DNA of 64,000 nucleotides from Azolla caroliniana (taxonomy: Eukaryota; Plantae; Polypodiophyta), in assembly GCA_043228905.1 (NCBI GenBank), contig JBHGNT010000044.1:124001-188000 (forward strand). The letters run 5' to 3'. Positions 1-11,935 of this stretch are shown here, in pieces. How positions within the stretch are numbered: position 1 is the first letter of the stretch; each line of letters opens with the position of its first letter. The notes under the pieces were generated by a model, which worked only from the letters and a program-made list of their open reading frames with translations, had not been told where the DNA came from and ran no database searches. The position numbers were made by a program, and so were the translations under genes.

Positions 1-3000
1 GAGGGAGTTGAGAACACCTAGTAGGTAAATTAAAATGTTCATACCTGGCTCGTGTGATATCGGATTTTTGTGTTCAAACATGCGAATCGAAGCTAACAAC
101 GCTAGCTATGATATGGAATTAAAAACTCAAGATTTTGAAACTCAGGTCAAGAGACATGAAGAAATTAGCAAACTTGAGGAGTGAGTTCAGAAGACCAAGT
201 AGGTAAATTAAAATGTTCATACCTGGCTCGTGTGATATCGGATTTTTGTGTTCAAACATGCGAATCGAAGCTAACAACGCTAGCTATGATATGGAATTAA
301 AAACTCAAGATTTTGAAACTCAGGTCAAGAGACATGAAGAAATTAGCAAACTTGAGGAGTGAGTTCAGAAGACCAAGTAGGTAAATTAAAATGTTCATAC
401 CTGGCTCGTGTGATATCGGATTTTTGTGTTCAAACATGCGAATCGAAGCTAACAACGCTAGCTCTGATATGGAATTAAAAACTCAAGATTTTGAAACTCA
501 GGTCAAGAGACATGAAGAAATTAGCAAACTTGAGGTGTGAGTTCAGAAGACCAAGTAGGTAAATTAAAATGGTCATAACTGGCTCGTGTGATATCAGATT
601 TTTGTGTTCAAACATGCGAATCGAAGCTAACAACGCTAGCTATCATATGGAATTAAAAAATCAAGATTTTGAAACTCAAGTCAAGAGACATGAAGAAATT
701 AGCAAACTTGAGGAGGGAGTTGAGAACACCTAGTAGGTAAATTAAAATGTTCATACCTGGCTCGTGTGATATCGGATTTTTGTGTTCAAACATGCGAATC
801 GAAGCTAACAACGCTAGCTATGATATGGAATTAAAAAATCAAGATTTTCAAACTCAGGTCAAGAGACATGAAGAAATTAGCAAAATTGAGGACTGAGTTG
901 AGAAGACCTAGTAGGTAAAGTAAAATGTTCATACCTGGCTCGTGTGAAATCGGATTTTTGTGTTCAAACATGCGAATCGAAGCTAACAACGCTAGCTATG
1001 ATATGGAATTAAAAACTCAAGATTTTGAAACTCAGGTCAAGAGACATGAAGAAATTAGCAAACTTGAGGTGTGAGTTCAGAAGACCAAGTAGGTAAATTA
1101 AAATGTTCATAACTGGCTCGTGTGATATCAGATTTTTGTGTTCAAACATGCGAATCGAAGCTAACAACGCTAGCTATGATATGGAATTAAAAAATCAAGA
1201 TTTTGAAACTCAGGTAAAGAGACATGAAGAAATTAGCAAACTTGAGGAGGGAGTTGAGAGGAGCCCTTGAGTAAATTAAAATGTTCATACCTCGCTCGTG
1301 TGATATCGGATTTTTGTGTTCAAACATGCGAATCGAAGCTAACAACGCTAGCTATCATATGGAATTAAAAAATCAAGATTTTGACACTCAAGTCAAGAGA
1401 CATGAAGAAATTAGCAAACTTGAGGAGTGAGTTGAGAACACCTAGTAGGTAAATTAAAATGTTCATACCTGGCTCGTGTGATATCGGATTTTTGTGTTCA
1501 AACATGCGAATCGAAGCTAACAACGCTAGCTATGATATGGAATTAAAAACTCAAGATTTTGAAACTCAGGTCAAGAGACATGAAGAAATTAGCAAACTTG
1601 AGGAGTGAGTTCAGAAGACCAAGTAGGTAAATTAAAATGTTCATACCTGGCTCGTGTGATATCGGATTTTTGTGTTCAAACATGCGAATCGAAGCTAACA
1701 ACGCTAGCTATGATATGGAATTAAAAACTCAAGATTTTGAAACTCAGGTCAAGAGACATGAAGAAATTAGAAAACTTGAGGAGTGAGTTCAGAAGACCAA
1801 GTAGGTAAATTAAAATGTTCATAACTGGCTCGTGTGATATCAGATTTTTGTGTTCAAACATGCGAATCGAAGCTAACAACGCTAGCTATGATATGGAATT
1901 AAAAAATCAAGATTTTGAAACTCAGGTAAAGAGACATGAAGAAATTAGCAAACTTGAGGAGGGAGTTGAGAGGAGCCCTTGAGTAAATTAAAATGTTCAT
2001 ACCTCGCTCGTGTGATATCGGATTTTTGTGTTCAAACATGCGAATCGAAGCTAACAACGCTAGCTATCATATGGAATTAAAAAATCAAGATTTTGACACT
2101 CAAGTCAAGAGACATGAAGAAATTAGCAAACTTGAGGAGTGAGTTGAGAACACCTAGTAGGTAAATTAAAATGTTCATACCTGGCTCGTGTGATATCGGA
2201 TTTTTGTGTTCAAACATGCGAATCGAAGCTAACAACGCTAGCTATGATATGGAATTAAAAACTCAAGATTTTGAAACTCAGGTCAAGAGACATGAAGAAA
2301 TTAGCAAACTTGAGGAGTGAGTTCAGAAGACCAAGTAGGTAAATTAAAATGTTCATACCTGGCTCGTGTGATATCGGATTTTTGTGTTCAAACATGCGAA
2401 TCGAAGCTAACAACGCTAGCTATGATATGGAATTAAAAACTCAAGATTTTGAAACTCAGGTCAAGAGACATGAAGAAATTAGCAAACTTGAGGAGTGAGT
2501 TCAGAAGACCAAGTAGGTAAATTAAAATGTTCATACCTGGCTCGTGTGATATCGGATTTTTGTGTTCAAACATGCGAATCGAAGCTAACAACGCTAGCTA
2601 TGATATGGAATTAAAAAATCAAGATTTTGAAACTCAGGTAAAGAGACATGAAGAAATTAGCAAACTTGAGGAGGGAGTTGAGAGGAGCCCTTGAGTAAAT
2701 TAAAATGTTCATACCTCGCTCGTGTGATATCGGATTTTTGTGTTCAAACATGCGAATCGAAGCTAACAACGCTAGCTATCATATGGAATTAAAAAATCAA
2801 GATTTTGACACTCAAGTCAAGAGACATGAAGAAATTAGCAAACTTGAGGAGTGAGTTGAGAACACCTAGTAGGTAAATTAAAATGTTCATACCTGGCTCG
2901 TGTGATATCGGATTTTTGTGTTCAAACATGCGAATCGAAGCTAACAACGCTAGCTATGATATGGAATTAAAAACTCAAGGTTTTGAAACTCAGGTCAAGA

Positions 3001-6000
3001 GACATGAAGAAATTAGCAAAGTTGAGGAGTGAGTTCAGAAGACCAAGTAGGTAAATTAAAATGTTCATACCTGGCTCGTGTGATATCGGATTTTTGTGTT
3101 GAAACATGCGAATCGAAGCTAACAACGCTAGCTATGATATGGAATGAAAAAATCAAGATTTTGAAACTCAGGTAAAGAGACATGAAGAAATTAGCAAACT
3201 TGAGGAGGGAGTTGAGAGGAGCCCTTGAGTAAATTAAAATGTTCATACCTCGCTCGTGTGATATCGGATTTTTGTGTTCAAACATGCGAATCGAAGCTAA
3301 CAACGCTAGCTATCATATGGAATTAAAAAATCAAGATTTTGACACTCAAGTCAAGAGACATGAAGAAATTAGCAAACTTGAGGAGTGAGTTGAGAACACC
3401 TAGTAGGTAAATTAAAATGTTCATACCTGGCTCGTGTGATATCGGATTTTTGTGTTCAAACATGCGAATCGAAGCTAACAACGCTAGCTATGATATGGAA
3501 TTAAAAACTCAAGGTTTTGAAACTCAGGTCAAGAGACATGAAGAAATTAGCAAACTTGAGGAGTGAGTTCAAAAGACCAAGTAGGTAAATTAAAATGTTC
3601 ATACCTGGCTCGTGTGATATCGGATTTTTGTGTTCAAACATGCGAATCGAAGCTAACAACGCTAGCTATGATATGGAATGAAAAAATCAAGATTTTGAAA
3701 CTCAGGTAAAGAGACATGAAGAAATTAGCAAACTTGAGGAGGGAGTTGAGAGGAGGCCTTGAGTAAATTAAAATGTTCATACCTCGCTCGTGTGATATCG
3801 GATTTTTGTGTTCAAACATGCGAATCGAAGCTAACAACGCTAGCTATGATATGAAATTAAAAAATCAAGATTTTGAAACTCAGGTCAAGAGACATGAAGA
3901 AATTAGCAAACTTGAGGAGTGAGTTGAGAACACCTAGTAGGTAAATTAAAATGTTCATACCTGGCTCGTGTGATATCGGATTTTTGTGTTCAAACATGCG
4001 AATCGAAGCTAACAATGCTAGCTATGATATGGAATTAAAAACTCAAGATTTTGAAACTCAGGTCAAGAGACATGAAGAAATTAGCAAACTTGAGGAGTGA
4101 GTTCAGAAGACCAAGTAGGTAAATTAAAATGTTCATACCTGGCTCGTGTGATATCGGATTTTTGTGTTCAAACATGCGAATCGAAGCTAACAACGCTAGC
4201 TATGATATGGAATTAAAAACTCAAGATTTTGAAACTCAGGTCAAGAGACATGAAGAAATTAGCAAACTTGAGGAGTGAGTTCAGAAGACCAAGTAGGTAA
4301 ATTAAAATGTTCATACCTGGCTCGTGTGATATCGGATTTTTGTGTTCAAACATGCGAATCGAAGCTAACAACGCTAGCTCTGATATGGAATTAAAAAATC
4401 AAGATTTTGAAACTCTGGTAAAGAGACATGAAGAAATTAGCAAACTTGAGGACTGAGTTGAGAAGACCTAGTAGGTAAATTAAAATGTTCATACCTGGCT
4501 CGTGTGAAATCGGATTTTTGTGTTCAAACATGCGAATCGAAGCTAACAACGCTAGCTATGATATGAAATTAAAAAATCAAGATTTTGAAACTCAGGTCAA
4601 GAGACATGAAGAAATTAGCAAACTTGAGGAGTGAGTTGAGAACACCTAGTAGGTAAAATTAAAATGTTCATACCTGGCTCGTGTGATATCGGATTTTTGT
4701 GTTCAAACATGCGCATCGAAGCTAACAATGCTAGCTACGATATGGAATTAAAAAATCAAGATTTTGAAACTCTGGACGAGAGACATGATGAAAATAGAAA
4801 ACTTGGGGAGGGAGTTGAGAGGAGCCCTTGAGTAAATTAAAATGTTCATACCTGGCTCGTGTGCTATCGGATTTTTGTGTTCAAACATGCGTATCGAAGC
4901 TAACAACGCTAGCTATGATATGGAATTAAAAAATCAAGATTTTCAAACTCAGGTCAAGAGACATGAAGAAATTAGCAAAATTGAGGACTGAGTTGAGAAG
5001 ACCTAGTAGGTAAAGTAAAATGTTCATACCTGGCTCGTGTGAAATCGGATTTTTGTGTTCAAACATGCGAATCGAAGCTAACAACGCTAGCTATGATATG
5101 GAATTAAAAACTCAAGATTTTGAAACTCAGGTCAAGAGACATGAAGAAATTAGCAAACTGGAGGTGTGAGTTCAGAAGACCAAGTAGGTAAATTAAAATG
5201 TTCATACCTGGCTCGTGTGATATCAGATTTTTGTGTTCAAACATGCGAATCGAAGCTAACAACGCTAGCTATGATATGGAATTAAAAAATCAAGATTTTG
5301 AAACTCAGGTAAAGAGACATGAAGAAATTAGCAAACTTGAGGAGGGAGTTGAGAGGAGCCCTTGAGTAAATTAAAATGTTCATACCTCGCTCGTGTGATA
5401 TCGGATTTTTGTGTTCAAACATGCGAATCGAAGCTAACAACGCTAGCTATGATATGAAATTAAAAAATCAAGATTTTGAAACTCAGGTCAAGAGACATGA
5501 AGAAATTAGCAAACTTGAGGAGTGAGTTGAGAACACCTAGTAGGTAAATTAAAATGTTCATACCTGGCTCGTGTGAAATCGGATTTTTGTGTTCAAACAT
5601 GCGAATCGAAGCTAACAACGCTAGCTATGATATGGAATTAAAAACTCAAGATTTTGAAACTCAGGTCAAGAGACATGAAGAAATTAGCAAAGTTGAGGAG
5701 TGAGTTCAGAAGACCAAGTAGGTAAATTAAAATGTTCATACCTGGCTCGTGTGATATCGGATTTTTGTGTTCAAACATGCGAATCGAAGCTAACAACGCT
5801 AGCTATGATATGGAATTAAAAACTCAAGATTTTGAAACTCAGGTCAAGAGACATGAAGAAATTAGCAAACTTGAGGAGTGAGTTCAGAAGACCAAGTAGG
5901 TAAATTAAAATGTTCATACCTGGCTCGTGTGATATCGGATTTTTGTGTTCAAACATGCGAATCGAAGCTAACAACGCTAGCTCTGATATGGAATTAAAAA

Positions 6001-9000
6001 ATCAAGATTTTGAAACTCAGGTAAAGAGACATGAAGAAATTAGCAAACTTGAGGACTGAGTTGAGAAGACCTAGTAGGTAAATTAAAATGTTCATACCTG
6101 GCTCGTGTGAAATCGGATTTTTGTGTTCAAACATGCGAATCGAAGCTAACAACGCTAGCTATGATATGAAATTAAAAAATCAAGATTTTGAAACTCAGGT
6201 CAAGAGACATGAAGAAATTAGCAAACTTGAGGAGTGAGTTGAGAACACCTAGTAGGTAAAATTAAAATGTTCATACCTGGCTCGTGTGATATCGGATTTT
6301 TGTGTTCAAACATGCGCATCGAAGCTAACAATGCTAGCTACGATATGGAATTAAAAAATCAAGATTTTGAAACTCTGGACGAGAGACATGATGAAAATAG
6401 AAAACTTGGGGAGGGAGTTGAGAGGAGCCCTTGAGTAAATTAAAATGTTCATACCTGGCTCGTGTGCTATCGGATTTTTGTGTTCAAACATGCGTATCGA
6501 AGCTAACAACGCTAGCTATGATATGGAATTAAAAAATCAAGATTTTCAAACTCAGGTCAAGAGACATGAAGAAATTAGCAAAATTGAGGACTGAGTTGAG
6601 AAGACCTAGTAGGTAAAGTAAAATGTTCATACCTGGCTCGTGTGAAATCGGATTTTTGTGTTCAAACATGCGAATCGAAGCTAACAACGCTAGCTATGAT
6701 ATGGAATTAAAAACTCAAGATTTTGAAACTTAGGTCAAGAGACATGAAGAAATTAGCAAACTGGAGGTGTGAGTTCAGAAGACCAAGTAGGTAAATTAAA
6801 ATGTTCATAACTGGCTCGTGTGATATCAGATTTTTGTGTTCAAACATGCGAATCGAAGCTAACAACGCTAGCTATGATATGGAATTAAAAAATCAAGATT
6901 TTGAAACTCAGGTAAAGAGACATGAAGAAATTAGCAAACTTGAGGAGGGAGTTGAGAGGAGCCCTTGAGTAAATTAAAATGTTCATACCTCGCTCGTGTG
7001 ATATCGGATTTTTGTGTTCAAACATGCGAATCGAAGCTAACAACGCTAGCTATCATATGGAATTAAAAAATCAAGATTTTGACACTCAAGTCAAGAGACA
7101 TGAAGAAATTAGCAAACTTGAGGAGTGAGTTGAGAACACCTAGTAGGTAAATTAAAATGTTCATACCTGGCTCGTGTGATATCGGATTTTTGTGTTCAAA
7201 CATGCGAATCGAAGCTAACAACGCTAGCTATGATATGGAATTAAAAAATCAAGATTTTGAAACTCAGGTCGAGAGACATGACGAAATTACCAAACATGAG
7301 GAGGGAGTTGAGAGGAGCCCTTGAGTAAATTAAAATGTTCATACCTGGCTCGTGTGATATCGGATTTTTGTGTTCAAACATGCGAATCGAAGCTAACAAC
7401 GCTAGCTATGATATGGAATTAAAAAATCAAGATTTTGAAACTCAGGTAAAGAGACATGAAGAAATTAGCAAACTTGAGGACTGAGTTGAGAAGACCTAGT
7501 AGGTAAATTAAAATGTTCATACCTGGCTCGTGTGAAATCGGATTTTTGTGTTCAAACATGCGAATCGAAGCTAACAACGCTAGCTATGATATGAAATTAA
7601 AAAATCAAGATTTTGAAACTCAGGTCAAGAGACATGAAGAAATTAGCAAACTTGAGGAGTGAGTTGAGAACACCTAGTAGGTAAAATTAAAATGTTCATA
7701 CCTGGCTCGTGTGATATCGGATTTTTGTGTTCAAACATGCGCATCGAAGCTAACAATGCTAGCTACGATATGGAATTAAAAAATCAAGATTTTGAAACTC
7801 TGGACGAGAGACATGATGAAAATAGAAAACTTGGGGAGGGAGTTGAGAGGAGCCCTTGAGTAAATTAAAATGTTCATACCTGGCTCGTGTGCTATCGGAT
7901 TTTTGTGTTCAAACATGCGTATCGAAGCTAACAACGCTAGCTATGATATGGAATTAAAAAATCAAGATTTTCAAACTCAGGTCAAGAGACATGAAGAAAT
8001 TAGCAAAATTGAGGACTGAGTTGAGAAGACCTAGTAGGTAAAGTAAAATGTTCATACCTGGCTCGTGTGAAATCGGATTTTTGTGTTCAAACATGCGAAT
8101 CGAAGCTAACAACGCTAGCTATGATATGGAATTAAAAACTCAAGATTTTGAAACTTAGGTCAAGAGACATGAAGAAATTAGCAAACTGGAGGTGTGAGTT
8201 CAGAAGACCAAGTAGGTAAATTAAAATGTTCATAACTGGCTCGTGTGATATCAGATTTTTGTGTTCAAACATGCGAATCGAAGCTAACAACGCTAGCTAT
8301 GATATGGAATTAAAAAATCAAGATTTTGAAACTCAGGTAAAGAGACATGAAGAAATTAGCAAACTTGAGGAGGGAGTTGAGAGGAGCCCTTGAGTAAATT
8401 AAAATGTTCATACCTCGCTCGTGTGATATCGGATTTTTGTGTTCAAACATGCGAATCGAAGCTAACAACGCTAGCTATCATATGGAATTAAAAAATCAAG
8501 ATTTTGACACTCAAGTCAAGAGACATGAAGAAATTAGCAAACTTGAGGAGTGAGTTGAGAACACCTAGTAGGTAAATTAAAATGTTCATACCTGGCTCGT
8601 GTGATATCGGATTTTTGTGTTCAAACATGCGAATCGAAGCTAACAACGCTAGCTATGATATGGAATTAAAAACTCAAGGTTTTGAAACTCAGGTCAAGAG
8701 ACATGAAGAAATTAGCAAAGTTGAGGAGTGAGTTCAGAAGACCAAGTAGGTAAATTAAAATGTTCATACCTGGCTCGTGTGATATCGGATTTTTGTGTTG
8801 AAACATGCGAATCGAAGCTAACAACGCTAGCTATGATATGGAATGAAAAAATCAAGATTTTGAAACTCAGGTAAAGAGACATGAAGAAATTAGCAAACTT
8901 GAGGAGGGAGTTGAGAGGAGCCCTTGAGTAAATTAAAATGTTCATACCTCGCTCGTGTGATATCGGATTTTTGTGTTCAAACATGCGAATCGAAGCTAAC

Positions 9001-11935
9001 AACGCTAGCTATCATATGGAATTAAAAAATCAAGATTTTGACACTCAAGTCAAGAGACATGAAGAAATTAGCAAACTTGAGGAGTGAGTTGAGAACAGCT
9101 AGTAGGTAAATTAAAATGTTCATACCTCGCTCGTGTGATATCGGATTTTTGTGTTCAAACATGCGAATCGAAGCTAACAACGCTAGCTATGATATGGAAT
9201 TAAAAACTCAAGGTTTTGAAACTCAGGTCAACAGACATGAAGAAATTAGCAAACTTGAGGAGTGAGTTCAGAAGACCAAGTAGGTAAATTAAAATGTTCA
9301 TACCTGGCTCGTGTGATATCGGATTTTTGTGTTCAAACATGCGAATCGAAGCTAACAACGCTAGCTATGATATGGAATGAAAAAATCAAGATTTTGAAAC
9401 TCAGGTAAAGAGACATGAAGAAATTAGCAAACTTGAGGAGGGAGTTGAGAGGAGGCCTTGAGTAAATTAAAATGTTCATACCTGGCTCGTGTGATATCGG
9501 ATTTTTGTGTTCAAACATGCGAATCGAAGCTAACAACGCTAGCTATGATATGGAATTAAAAACTCAAGATTTTGAAACTCAGGTCAAGAGACATGAAGAA
9601 ATTAGCAAACTTGAGGAGTGAGTTCAGAAGACCAAGTAGGTAAATTAAAATGTTCATACCTGGCTCGTGTGATATCGGATTTTTGTGTTCAAACATGCGA
9701 ATCGAAGCTAACAACGCTAGCTATGATATGGAATTAAAAACTCAAGATTTTGAAACTCAGGTCAAGAGACATGAAGAAATTAGCAAACTTGAGGAGTGAG
9801 TTCAGAAGACCAAGTAGGTAAATTAAAATGTTCATACCTGGCTCGTGTGATATCGGATTTTTGTGTTCAAACATGCGAATCGAAGCTAACAACGCTAGCT
9901 ATGATATGGAATTAAAAACTCAAGATTTTGAAACTCAGGTCAAGAGACATGAAGAAATTAGCAAACTTGAGGAGTGAGTTCAGAAGACCAAGTAGGTAAA
10001 TTAAAATGTTCATACCTGGCTCGTGTGATATCGGATTTTTGTGTTCAAACATGCGAATCGAAGCTAACAACGCTAGCTCTGATATGGAATTAAAAAATCA
10101 AGATTTTGAAACTCAGGTAAAGAGACATGAAGAAATTAGCAAACTTGAGGACTGAGTTGAGAAGACCTAGTAGGTAAATTAAAATGTTCATACCTGGCTC
10201 GTGTGAAATCGGATTTTTGTGTTCAAACATGCGAATCGAAGCTAACAACGCTAGCTATGATATGAAATTAAAAAATCAAGATTTTGAAACTCAGGTCAAG
10301 AGACATGAAGAAATTAGTAAACTTGAGGAGTGAGTTGAGAACACCTAGTAGGTAAAATTAAAATGTTCATACCTGGCTCGTGTGATATCGGATTTTTGTG
10401 TTCAAACATGCGCATCGAAGCTAACAATGCTAGCTACGATATGGAATTAAAAAATCAAGATTTTGAAACTCTGGACGAGAGACATGATGAAAATAGAAAA
10501 CTTGGGGAGGGAGTTGAGAGGAGCCCTTGAGTAAATTAAAATGTTCATACCTGGCTCGTGTGCTATCGGATTTTTGTGTTCAAACATGCGTATCGAAGCT
10601 AACAACGCTAGCTATGATATGGAATTAAAAAATCAAGATTTTCAAACTCAGGTCAAGAGACATGAAGAAATTAGCAAAATTGAGGAGTGAGTTCAGAAGA
10701 CCTAGTAGGTAAAGTAAAATGTTCATACCTGGCTCGTGTGAAATCGGATTTTTGTGTTCAAACATGCGAATCGAAGCTAACAACGCTAGCTATGATATGG
10801 AATTAAAAACTCAAGATTTTGAAACTCAGGTCAAGAGACATGAAGAAATTAGCAAACTGGAGGTGTGAGTTCAGAAGACCAAGTAGGTAAATTAAAATGT
10901 TCATAACTGGCTCGTGTGATATCAGATTTTTGTGTTCAAACATGCGAATCGAAGCTAACAACGCTAGCTATGATATGGAATTAAAAAATCAAGATTTTGA
11001 AACTCAGGTAAAGAGACATGAAGAAATTAGCAAACTTGAGGAGGGAGTTGAGAGGAGCCCTTGAGTAAATTAAAATGTTCATACCTCGCTCGTGTGATAT
11101 CGGATTTTTGTGTTCAAACATGCGAATCGAAGCTAACAACGCTAGCTATCATATGGAATTAAAAAATCAAGATTTTGACACTCAAGTCAAGAGACATGAA
11201 GAAATTAGCAAACTTGAGGAGTGAGTTGAGAACACCTAGTAGGTAAATTAAAATGTTCATACCTGGCTCGTGTGATATCGGATTTTTGTGTTCAAACATG
11301 CGAATCGAAGCTAACAACGCTAGCTATGATATGGAATTAAAAACTCAAGGTTTTGAAACTCAGGTCAAGAGACATGAAGAAATTAGCAAAGTTGAGGAGT
11401 GAGTTCAGAAGACCAAGTAGGTAAATTAAAATGTTCATACCTGGCTCGTGTGATATCGGATTTTTGTGTTGAAACATGCGAATCGAAGCTAACAACGCTA
11501 GCTCTGATATGGAATGAAAAAATCAAGATTTTGAAACTCAGGTAAAGAGACATGAAGAAATTAGCAAACTTGAGGAGGGAGTTGAGAGGAGCCCTTGAGT
11601 AAATTAAAATGTTCATACCTCGCTCGTGTGATATCGGATTTTTGTGTTCAAACATGCGAATCGAAGCTAACAACGCTAGCTATCATATGGAATTAAAAAA
11701 TCAAGATTTTGACACTCAAGTCAAGAGACATGAAGAAATTAGCAAACTTGAGGAGTGAGTTGAGAACACCTAGTAGGTAAATTAAAATGTTCATACCTGG
11801 CTCGTGTGATATCGGATTTTTGTGTTCAAACATGCGAATCGAAGCTAACAACGCTAGCTATGATATGGAATTAAAAACTCAAGGTTTTGAAACTCAGGTC
11901 AAGAGACATGAAGAAATTAGCAAAGTTGAGGAGTG
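1..11935 (+). repeat. Left homogeneous satellite sub-domain
   Basis: Dominated by CTCAGGTCAAG, TTCAGAAGACCAAGTAGG and AAAAACTCAAG variants, with runs of identical monomers (e.g. ~9540-10070). The variant spectrum changes abruptly at ~11935. Confidence 0.85.
4440..11930 (+). repeat. Variable-period higher-order repeat (cassette recurring at 9-, 8- and 15-monomer spacing)
   Basis: The +1A marker GTAAAATTAAAATG, followed by GCGCATCG and TCTGGACGAG, lies at 4653, 6256, 7681 and 10352. Spacings are 1603, 1425 and 2671 (9, 8 and 15 x 178, each +1). Confidence 0.85.

Noticed and set aside
43-59. CENP-B box-like motif on the minus strand (ATCACACGAGCCAGG vs TTCGNNNNANNCGGG)
   Set aside because: Only 6 of 9 core positions match and the TTCG core is absent, which is compatible with chance.
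1-178. Tandem 5S rRNA, tRNA or snRNA gene array
   Set aside because: No recognisable 5S or tRNA sequence, internal promoter boxes or cloverleaf.
1-178. Identity with Arabidopsis CEN178
   Set aside because: Same length only; I see no similarity to the CEN178 consensus as I recall it.
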